From Mobula hypostoma (Eukaryota), in contig NC_086101.1 of NCBI RefSeq assembly GCF_963921235.1, forward strand, positions 1,364,001 to 1,428,000: a DNA stretch of 64,000 nt. Direction: 5' to 3'. How positions within the stretch are numbered: the first letter of the stretch is position 1; every line of letters begins with the position of its first letter. The position numbers and the translations under genes were made by a program. Of this stretch, positions 11,831-21,564 are shown in pieces. A model generated the notes under the pieces. It saw only the letters and a list, made by a program, of their open reading frames with translations, had not been told where the DNA came from and did not search any database.

Positions 11831-14804
11831 ATGGAGGTTGAGGAATTTATAAAGGCGCCGACCTTGGAGGCATTAGAGGATGCCAGGAAATCGGAATTGA
11901 TAGCTGTGGCCAAACGGGTGAATCTTGCTAAGGTGAAGTCGACAATGAGGAGAGAGGAGATACACCGAGCTATTGTAGAGCACTATGTATCTAAAGGTGT
12001 GTTTCCCCAAGGTGAGCTGGGGGAGGTGTCTATTGAAAAACCTGTTGGAGACGCGGTACAGGTACAGCTTGAAAAACTGAGACTCGAGCACGAGTTCCGG
12101 GTACGGCAGTTAGAACACGAAGAGAAGCAGTTAGAAAGGCAGGAGAAAGAGAGAGAGTTAGAAAGGCAGGAGAGAGAGAGAGTTAGAAAGGCAGGAGAAA
12201 GAGAGAGAGTTAGAAAGGCGGGAGAGAGAGAAAGAGTTAGAAAGGCGGGAGAGAGAGAAAGAGGTAGAAAGACAAGAGAGAGAGAAAGAGGTAGAAAGGC
12301 AAGAGAGAGAAAGACAGTTGGAGAGAGAAGAGAGAGAGAGGGACAGACAGTTGGAGAGAGAGGAGAAACAGAGGGAAAGGGAATTTGAGCTGGAGAAGTT
12401 AAAGATAAGGGCCGAGCAGGGGCTCGTGCCGAACCAAGGTGGAGGGTTCCGGGCGACCCAGGAGGTTAGGCTGGTTCCCCCATTTGACGATACCGATGTG
12501 GATCGGTACTTTCTCCATTTCGAAAAAGTGGCCATAAGTCAGGACTGGCCAAGGGATAAGTGGGTTGTTTTACTTCAGAGTGTACTGAAAGGGAAAGCCC
12601 AACAAGCTTACTCCGCTTTATCCGCGGAAGATGCCCAGAAGTATGAGGTGGTGAAGGAGGCCATCCTCAGGATTTATGAGTTGGTCCCGGAGGCATACCG
12701 GCAGAGGTTCCGGAATGCGAGGAAGCAGTGGGACCGCACGTATTTGGAGTTTGCTCGTGAGATGCAAACATATTGTGAGCGTTGGTGCGCCTCGAAAGGG
12801 GTAGAGGGGGATTATGACAGACTGCTGCAGCTGATTCTGATTGAGCAGTTTAAAGGTTGTGTCCCTGAGGGTATGAGACCCTACCTCGATGAGAAAGAGG
12901 CAGCCACGTTAGCCGCAACTGCTAAGTTAGCGGATGAGTATGCGTTGACGCATAAAATGAAGGTTGCCCCGAGTAAAGGCTACCAGAAGGGTAGTCAGGA
13001 CGGAGGGGAGAGTCCGCCGGAAAAGTCAGAAAGTAAGCCGGGGACTAGTGAAAAGGATAAGGTAGACCGGGAGCAGTCTGGTAGGAAGTCTCCTGGGGTC
13101 GTCTGTTATAATTGTGGGAAAGTCGGACACTTTGCGTCCAGGTGCTTTGCCCCAAGGAAGGAGACGGGGAAAGGAAAAGCGGAAATTTTGAATGGCTGTA
13201 TTGAGCTGTTAAGCGAACCGCTAGGGAAGGACAGGTCTGAAAAAGTCCAGGAAGGGCGCGAGAGGTTTATCTCGGCCGGACTGGTGTCAGTGAAGGAGAG
13301 GTTAAAACCAGTTCCAGTGCGGATCTGGAGAGACACGGGAGCGTGTCAGTCACTAATACTGAAGAGTGTATTAGAGTTTAGCTCAGAGACCCAGACTGGG
13401 GAGGTAGAGGTCAAAGGTGTTGGGGAAGGGACAGAGTCAGTCCCTTTGCACCAGATACATTTACAGAGCAACCTGGTCTCTGGACTAGTCACGATTGGGG
13501 TGAGGTCCGAATTACCGATGAAAGACGTGGAAGTCTTGCTCGGTAATGACATCGCCGGAGGAATCGTGTTCCCAGTCGTGAGATTGACGGGTCAGCCTGC
13601 CAGCATGGAGGCCCCGCCCGCGATGGTGAATTTGGCTGAAACATTTCTGCCAACCTTGTATGAGACAGGGTGTAGTGAGATAAGAGGTAGTGAGGGAGCT
13701 GGGACGGACGTAGCAGTAGCCAGGAAAGAATTTGTGCAGACGCAGGAGCGAGACGAGGGGCTGATGGTTTTTGCCGAGACCGCTCTCTCTGACACAGCCT
13801 TGACAAGCTATTGTGCAGAGGAGGAAGTGCTAAGGAAGAAAGGGAAATCAAGTACAGTACCCGCAGATGAGGAATGGGGGGTGGTGCAAAAGAGTTATGG
13901 GGATGAGGTTTTTAACATGGCCCACGAGGTACCCCCCGGTGGACATTTTGCGGTGCTGGAGGAAACAGTTGGTGGAATCATGAAAGAGATTTACCGGCTG
14001 CCCAGGGGGAAGAATGTTATTGATCATGACCGACGCGAACTGAGACGGTCACCGGCTTTTGATATGCTAACAAACCTAGTCGGTGTTAGCGTGGAAATCA
14101 ATGATGCTAGGGGCCCCTTGATAAGAGGAAAAAACCATTTTGAAAAGATTAGGATGGGATCGGTCAGATGGGAGAAGGCTATTGTTTTGGCCAGGTCTAC
14201 TGATAAGGTCTCTCCCTTAATCCCCGAAGGAGTAATTAAACGACTCGCACCCATGTGTTTGATTGTCCCGAGGAAATGCAAAGAACTGGGACGTTGGGTT
14301 ATGTCTGTTACAATAGGGCGGCCAAGTAAACAACACCCATATTTTTCGAGTAATTCAGTGACTAAAGGGCTGATGAACACAGAGGTGTGTATTGGCAATT
14401 TAACACGGCTGTCTGAAGCCAGTTTGATAGTGAACCTTGAAAAAAATGAATTCGGCCACACGAGAGTCACTTACCTGGGAATTGTGGTGACACAGGGGCA
14501 GCTGGCAGTGATGCAAGCTACAGTGCAGGCTATCGCTGACCTCCCAACCCCGACAGACAAGAGGGCCCTCAGAAGGCTTTTGGAGATGGTGGGGTACTGC
14601 AGGAAGTTTTGCAATAACTCTGCGGTCAATACCCGTCCCCCTCCTACTAAGCCCTTGCGAGAGAAAATTGAGTCGGAATGGGACGACCCTTGTTATTGTG
14701 GTCCGGGACAAAACCAAATGAGAGGTTACATTGGTCGCAATTCATCAGTGTTTTTGGCCACTATGAAGTTTGCTGAGTTGGAGCCTGGTCTAAGGGATTA
14801 TTAA
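11831..14804 (+). CDS. Gag-protease polyprotein with vestigial IN/RT/RNase H tail; one frameshift in a GA repeat at about 12170-12182
   Basis: ORF 11831-12388 plus 12318-14804: coiled-coil, SCAN-like capsid (YFLHFEK...WP...LQSVLKGKAQ...PEAYRQRFR...LIEQF), zinc knuckle CYNCGKVGHFASRC, protease RDTGACQS. Confidence 0.85.
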
Positions 14805-14964
14805 TAACACGTGTAAAAGGAACAGAAAATGTGATGACTGTCTGTCAAGGTGTTGACAGCTTCAAATTCTCTGTATTAGCTAAATAACTGTTAACGATGT
14901 ATATTGTGTATGTATCAGATAATGTAGTCATGTTTGTAATTTTTACCTCCCGGTAAAAATCCTT

Positions 14965-14976
14965 AAAGGGGGGAAG
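14965..14976 (+). promoter_or_regulatory. Polypurine tract
   Basis: AAAGGGGGGAAG directly before the 3' LTR. Confidence 0.85.
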
Positions 14977-15856
14977 TGTTACGAGAATACACATAAAATT
15001 AAGATGTTTGCTGGCCTGGGCTAGCATCAGTGGCATCAGCAGTTGGTCTGCCACCTGCCCTCAGGGGAAGGAGAGATAAGGAACAATGGAGCAGCGTCTG
15101 GAGATGTGTAATGAAGGGATGTGGGAGGGAGAGCTGTCTGGAGCGGCTCCCCCCCTTTGAACCCTGAACTGTTTGAAGTGATGGACAGGCGATACCCCAG
15201 CAGGGGGATAAAAAGGGACAGGTTCGCTAAGACGGACACACACGCCACCCGAGGTAACGAGACCCTGGAAGCGGTGCGCCTCTCACGAGTGGTGAGAAGT
15301 ACCGGACAACGCACAGGGTGGAAAGGTACGATCAGCGGGAACCCGGTGTGTGTCCGCCCTTGCCTGGGTGCCGGGTTCACTGCAGAGGATCGACCGCATC
15401 TGGAGGAGGGGTCACAGTCGGTGACCTCAGGTGACATCACCAAGGACCCGCCCAAAAGCTGTTTGTGAGCCATCTCGCTGGTCTGTGAGCCATCTTGCTG
15501 GTCTGTGAGTGAAGCCGTTCTGAATGATGAGTTGTTCCTATTCTATCTCTCTCTTCCCCCACGTTGTCCACCGCCATGGCAACGATTACTGCGAACTGAA
15601 CTACTAAACTGGACTGAACTTTGAGTCATTTTGAAATTGGTCATTTACCCCTAGACAACGATAGAGCTTGATTGATGCTGTTATCTTAATTCTGTGCACA
15701 TGTGTGTTTATCATCACTGAACTGTTGCATTTATTATCCTTTCGATTACTGTGTTGCTTGTTTCTTTAATAAAACTTTCTTAGTTCTAGTACTCCAGACT
15801 CCAACTGAGTGATCCATTTCTGCTGGTTTGGCAACCCAGTTACGGGGTACGTAACA
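14977..15856 (+). repeat. 3' LTR (880 bp)
   Basis: Matches the 5' LTR except for a 20-bp tandem duplication (about 15464-15503) and at least one substitution (about 15129). Confidence 0.95.
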
Positions 15857-18466
15857 ATAGATACAGAACTGCAAAAACAGTTCGTGTCGGAGTGTGTCTA
15901 CTGGACCGACATATTGAGAAGCGTGGTGGTGGCTGTGAAGTTTTCGATCAAGAGGGGACTGGCTATCCGAGTCTCCAGCGAAATATTTGGCAGGCCTGAT
16001 AACGGCAACTACATGGGCATTCTGGAGGTAATAAGTGAGTTTGACCCATTTTTGAAGGCGCAGATACAGAAATTTGGAAATGCAGGATCAGGCACCCCTT
16101 CATATCTTTCACCTGAAACATGTGAGGAGTTTATTGAGCTCATGAGCGATTGAGTTCTGTCAGAGATCGTCAGTGAAGTCAAAATGGCCAGAGACTTTTC
16201 TATTAGCATCGATTCAAGCACAGATGTTGCACACGTAGATCAGCCCTCATTCATTTTATGTTATATGTCAACTGATGAAAACATTCAGGAGCGATTCTTG
16301 CGATTTCTACCCATGGAGAGCCACACAGGGGAGGCTTAATGTGAGTCTGTGCTCAGAGTTTTAGGAGAGATGACTATTGAAATAAGCAACTGCAGGGGGC
16401 AGTGCTATGACAATGCTGCAAATATGTCCGGCGCATACAAAGGCTTACGATCCCGCATCAAGGAAATCAATCCGCTTGCTGAGTGGGTTCCATCTGCGGC
16501 ACACACATTGAATCTCGCTGGAATCAACAATGTCAACTGTTGTGTTGAAACAGCTGATTTTTTCAGCTTCGTGCTGAATATGTTCAACTTCTGCTCCAAG
16601 TCAACTTCTAGGTGGAAGGTGGTGACCGCAGGATATCAGCCTAATGTGAACAAGCGCATTGAAACTCTGGTCTCTCTCTAATACTAGATGGGCTGCACAG
16701 CAGAAGCCACACAGGCATTGTGCGGAAATTATGTCAATATTCAAGAGTCGTTAAAGAGCATTGCAGATGACATTAATCAGAATGTGGCAACTAGAAATGA
16801 AGCAAGGTGACTATACAAAAAAAATGGACAAGATTGAGATAGCTTTTCTGAGCAAATTGTGGCATTGCATTCTTCAGCGATTTGAAAGTGCAAGTGTTGC
16901 ATTGCAAGCTGTAAATCTAGACCTGTGTGATGCTGTGGATTTGGTGAGATCACTTCGGGGATACATAGCAAGTTTGCGTAATCAATTTGATATTTTTGAG
17001 ACCCAAGCTAAAACTATGTCTCCAACAGTCTCACAAGTGTACAAAGAAGACACGCAACGACAAAGAAAATGTAAAGCCTTTCTGGGTAAATCCACAACAC
17101 CTGATGTTGGCTTGTCAGCCAGAGAAAAATTCTCAGCTACTGTTTTTTTAGTAGTGATGGCTAGATTACTTGCAGAAATTGATTGCAGATTTGCATCATA
17201 TAATGACCTTAAAAACACATTTGGCATCCTAAACAATATCCCTTCTCTCTCTGTACAAGATCTGCGCAAGAGAGCATCTGATCTCCAAAGCAGATATTCA
17301 GCTGACCTGGAGTTAGACTTTGTGCAGGAGATTGTCCATTTCAGGGAATTTGTAAGTGGCAAAGATATTTCATCCGCAACAGAGCTTTTATGCTTCCTCA
17401 GAGAAAAAAACTTGCAGGTCATCTTCCCAAATGTTAAGCATTGCTTTGAGACTTTACCTGACTCTCCCTGTCACAAATGCAAGTGGTGAGCGATCTTTCT
17501 CCAAGCTCAAGCTAGTGAAGAATAGGCTCAGATCCACAATGGGACAGGACGGGCTGAATCTCTTACTCTGATGTCACTTGAAAGTGATCTTGATCGGAAA
17601 CTGGATCTTAGTGATCTGATCAAGGACTTTGCTGCGAAGAAATCCAGAAGAACTAGGCTTTAATTTTGAAAAACTTTGAAACTATCTAGGCTTGTGTGTC
17701 AGTGCTGTTCCTGTTTTTGTGGCAAAAGACTAATAGTTGACTGTTTACAAACCTAGTATGTAATAAGTGGTCTTTACTCTGCTAGCCACACAGCACAGCA
17801 ATAGGTTAGTATGTGCTAGATCTCATTTTTCAAAAGGGTTGTTGGAGTATTGTCAAGTTTCCTAGTTTGCCATAGTGTCATCTCTCTTGACCTTTTTGTC
17901 TCTCATTTCCATTTTACTTTCTCAGAACACATTGTTGAGAAAAATACCGAGATAAAAATGCTTTGGCATTATTTGAGAAATAAGGCCTATAGTATTGTGC
18001 AGCAATAGCTAAACGAAGATTTAAGATTGGGTACATCATACTTCGTCTCCCTCATAACTTTACTAAGCCAACTAAGTCCATGTCAATTTTTGAGTGCTTT
18101 AGAAGCTTTCCTTCAAACTAAGAATCTGCATTACTTTCTGTTCTCCCTCTTAAGGCCTGTAAGCTTATAGCCTACGTATTGTACTAAACCAACGTCTTGG
18201 TCCACAGCTTTGATATTTAGACCAGTTCGACCTTTGCTCTTGTTCTTGCCTTTTTTTGCTTGGTACAGCAGCATTTTAGTGTCGGCAGGGGCCCATCAGG
18301 GCCTCCAGCCCAGGGGCCTCGGCCCCACTAAATCCGGCCCTGGCTACATGGGACTACATGAAGTGCACAAAACAGTGCAAGACAGTACAATAATTAATAA
18401 ACAGGACAATAGGCACAGTAAAGGACAAATTACAATATAATAATAAATGATGTAAATGTAAATGTA

Positions 18467-19228
18467 AGGAGTCGCGGATCACACGACCCAATTTACATCG
18501 GTGGTGCGCAAGTGGAACAGGTCAAAAGCTTTAAGTTCCTCGGGGTCAATATCACAAATGGCCTGACTTGGTCCAACCAAGCAGAGTTCACTGCCAAGAA
18601 GGCCCACCAGCGCCTTTACTTCCTGAGAAAACTAAAGAAATTTGGTCTGTCCCCCAAAACCCTCACTAATTTTTATAGATGCACCGTAGAAAGCATTCTT
18701 CTAGGGTGCATCACAACCTGGTATGGAAGTTGTCCTGTCCAAGACCAAAAGAAGCTGCAGAAGATCGTGAACACGGCACAGCACATCACACAAACCAATC
18801 TTCTGTCCTTGGACTCACTTTACACCGCACGCTGTCGGAGCAGTGCTGCCAGGATAATCAAGGACACGACCCACCTAGCCAACACACTTTTCGTCCCTCT
18901 TCCCTCCGGGAGAAGGCTCAGGAGCTTGAAGACTCGTACAGCCAGATTTGGGAACAGCTTCTTTCCAACTGTGATAAGACTGCTGAATGGATCCTGACCC
19001 GGATCTGGGCCATACCCTCCAAGTATCCGGACCCGCCTCTCGGTTTTTTTGCACTACCTTACTTTCCATTTTTCTATTTTCTATTTATGATTTATAATTT
19101 AAATTTTTAATATTTTTAATATTTAATATTTGTATTCCAGGGAGTGTGAAGTGCAGAATCAAATATCGCTGTGATGATTGTATGTTCTAGTATCAATTTA
19201 TTTGGTGACAATAAAGTATAAAGTATAA
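18467..19228 (+). mobile_element. Rex/Babar LINE 3' fragment
   Basis: ORF 18512-18997 FKFLGV...KKAHQRLYFLRKL...FYRCTVESIL...SFFP; tail GACAATAAAGTATAAAGTATAAA. Confidence 0.85.
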
Positions 19229-19695
19229 ACAATGTTTTAGCAGGAATTAAGAAAAAAATGAGCACCACTATTGTTTATGATCAGAAGATCACAAGGTGAG
19301 ATCAGGCGGAAAAGGCGTGCACTTGTGTGCCTTCAAAGTCTAACGAAAGGCAGAGAAAGGAATAGAGTAGCCTAATCCTTCTGATGAGACCACTTAATCT
19401 CCGTCCACTCCAACACTTCCAGGAACCTAAACCAGATCAGGTTGTTTATCTGTCCCACCACAGAGATACACAGTATTCTATATCCTAATAGATTAGGGCA
19501 AGTGACTAAAGAGGCAGGATAATACTCCCACTTTGCCAGAGTGCTCAGGTAGTCTGCACTAACCTCCATTAGATTTAGTGTTTAATAAAAAGAATTCTAA
19601 TGTTGAAAACATTTCACAAAATGTAACTTCTTAAAAAAAAGAATCAGTGAGATAAAGGAGGAAAGCAAAGAGAAAGACAGTTATAATGTTGGCAA

Positions 19696-19790
19696 CACAC
19701 ATAAAAGTTGCCGGTGAACACAGCAGGCCAGGCAGCATCTCTAGGAAGAGGCACAGTCCATGTTTCAGGCCGAGACCCTTCGTCAGGACG
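19696..19790 (-). mobile_element. Penelope-like pseudo-LTR fragment with hammerhead motif
   Basis: Reverse complement contains GTCCTGACGAAGGGTCTCGGCCTGAAAC; 13-bp TSD ATAATGTTGGCAA at 19683-19695 and 19791-19803. Confidence 0.75.
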
Positions 19791-20199
19791 ATAATGTTGG
19801 CAATTCTTTTTTATATTTACCGGTATGTAAGGAGCAAAGTAAACTGAATTGCTCAGTTTACAGTGACTAATTTTAAAGCAGTTCCATAGACATAACTAGT
19901 TTTTCTTTTTTTAAGAAGGGGAGATGTGGTGGTAGTTAATACTGGTATTTCTATGCCACTCAGTTCCACTCACACATTCTGTACAAGCTGGATTATCAGT
20001 TGAATATCCTACAGGGCTGGTGTCCTGGTGTGGTCTGCACTTTCCCTCAATATCAAACACAACCTGGACTTGGGCTATATTATTTGTTGTTGTTGTGACA
20101 GTATGTTTTTCTGCCCCCATAACTACATGTGATCTATGTGCTATGTGGTGTGTGTGACTGTTGCTACTGTGTTTTGCAACTTGGCCCCAGAGAAATACT

Positions 20200-20412
20200 C
20201 AAACAACAGGAATTCTGCAGATGCTGGAAATTCAAGCAACACACATCAAAGTTGCTGGTGAACGCAGCAGGCCAGGCAGCATCTCTAGGAAAAGGAAAAG
20301 ACTCTTCCTTCAGTTAGTCCTGACGAAGGGTCTCGGCCTGAAACGTCGACTGCACCTCTTCCTAGAGATGCTGCCTGGCCTGCTGCATTCACCAGCAACT
20401 TTGATGTGTGTT
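20200..20412. mobile_element. Fold-back Penelope-derived mini-element
   Basis: About 54-bp inverted arms (20238-20291 / 20359-20412); 14-bp TSD CCCAGAGAAATACT at 20186-20199 and 20413-20426; same sequence as the pLTR of the element at 61334-63004. Confidence 0.85.
20316..20351 (+). ncRNA. Minimal type I hammerhead ribozyme motif
   Basis: AGTC-CTGACGA-AGG(gtctcgg)CCT-GAAAC-GTC-GACT: stem I AGTC/GACT, core CUGANGA, stem II, GAAA, GUC cleavage triplet; stem III reduced to a palindrome as in Penelope-associated hammerheads. Confidence 0.7.
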
Positions 20413-20779
20413 CCCAGAGAAATACTGTTTCATTTGGCTAAATTCATGTGTATGGCTGAATGACAATTGAACCTTAACTTGAACTATAACACCTTCCGCC
20501 ACGACCCTCTCCCTTCTGTGGCAAAGTCAATCTAAAATCCAAACTAGCAAATCTCCATAAATCCCATGCAATACTCAATATATTTAAAAATAAATCTCCA
20601 TTGGAATCATGGCTCTGACTTAGTTCTTTTAAGTTTGTATCAATGATATTGGTGACAGAGAGGGGAGTTAGGAGTCAGCTTAGGGATTGGGGACAATGAT
20701 ATGGGGGAGTTGAGGAATCAGATGGGATTGGAGATAGGGATGTGGAAGAGTTAGTGGTTAAACTTCCAATCTGCGTGCG

Positions 20780-21483
20780 AAACCTTCCTGGAGGGAGGAG
20801 AAGATGGCGGCACGATGGCAGCGCGCGCTGCCACTTCGGTGATGATGTCTGATATCTGTCAAGTCGGGGACCATACACAATTCTGATTTGACGGAGACAG
20901 ACGTGACAGCACGGAGGAACATCTGGAAAACTTCTGAAATGCCCGCTTCGCTGCCGCTGCTACTGTGTGGTAACTGGAACCTCCGGAGCAGAAGGCCCCG
21001 AAATCCTCGGCTTTGTGTGTTTCAGCGGCTGGGGAGAGGTCGAAGGTGCTCGGCAGAGGATGGCACTCGGGAGGCTGTATTGGAGAGGCTGGTCGGAAGC
21101 TCGAAGTTTTCGGACGATGGACTCAGTGTTGGCTGTGGTCGGCTGCTTCCAAGGCATCGGCAATTTATCAGTGCCTGGAGATTTATGGCAGGGAGTTTCT
21201 CCCTTTTGCCGCCTGCTAGCGGGGTCTCGGGAGTCGATCGACTCAGGACTTTGTGACTTTTTTTTACTGTGCCCATGGTCTGTTCTTCATCAAATTATGG
21301 TAATTATGGTATTATTTTGCACTGCTGTAACTATATGTTATAATGATGTGGTTCTGTCAGTGTTAGTCTTTGGTTTGTCCTGTTTTCTGTGATATCACTC
21401 TGGAGAAACATTGTATCATTTCTTAATGCATGTATGTATTTCTAAATGACAATAAAAGAGGACTGAGTGTTCTCCTAATCTAA
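20780..21483 (+). mobile_element. Non-autonomous retroposon (CpG-rich 5' end, Rex-like 3' tail), copy 1
   Basis: Homologous along its length to 32084-32736; begins GGAGGGAGGAGAAGATGGCG, ends AAATGACAATAAA...(TAATC)n. Confidence 0.7.
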
Positions 21484-21564
21484 GGTCAGCTATGTGGATA
21501 GAGGACAGTCTAGGCCTCACTCCACGCACAGCAACATGGTTGGGTGCCAAAAGATATAGGCCAC

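Larger units (their letters stand above)
10872..15856 (+). mobile_element. Complete young non-autonomous Gmr1-like Gypsy LTR retrotransposon (4985 bp)
   Basis: Two nearly identical LTRs bounded by TGTTACG...CGTAACA, 4-bp TSD ATAG (10868-10871, 15857-15860), PBS, PPT and internal gag-protease ORF. Confidence 0.95.
10116..17663 (+). pseudogene. hAT transposase pseudogene (10116-10871 joined to 15861-17663)
   Basis: TTF zinc finger WLLYS...VFCFSC...GFSDWKH...EHENS; RGQCYDNAANMSG; AAHTLNL; dimerisation motif LTLPVTNASGERSFSKLKLVKNRLRSTM. Several stops and frameshifts. Confidence 0.88.
10032..18342 (+). mobile_element. hAT DNA transposon (ZMYM1/TTF-zinc-finger type transposase), inactive, split by an LTR element
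   Basis: Right TIR CTAAATCCGGCCCTG ending 18342, degenerate left TIR CAGGCAGGACTTCAGG from 10032; 8-bp TSD CCTACACG 10024-10031 / GCTACATG 18343-18350. Confidence 0.85.

Noticed and set aside
12318..14804. Domesticated SCAN/gag host gene
   Set aside because: Flanked by near-identical LTRs, PBS, PPT and TSD, so it is a recent transposon copy rather than a host gene.
19381..19410. CTGATGAGAC as a possible hammerhead core
   Set aside because: No GAAA at a suitable distance and no closing stems.
19372..20120. Minus-strand ORFs as candidate downstream exons of the Ig gene
   Set aside because: No Ig, transmembrane or signalling motifs and no convincing phase-1 splice pair; part is repeat-derived.
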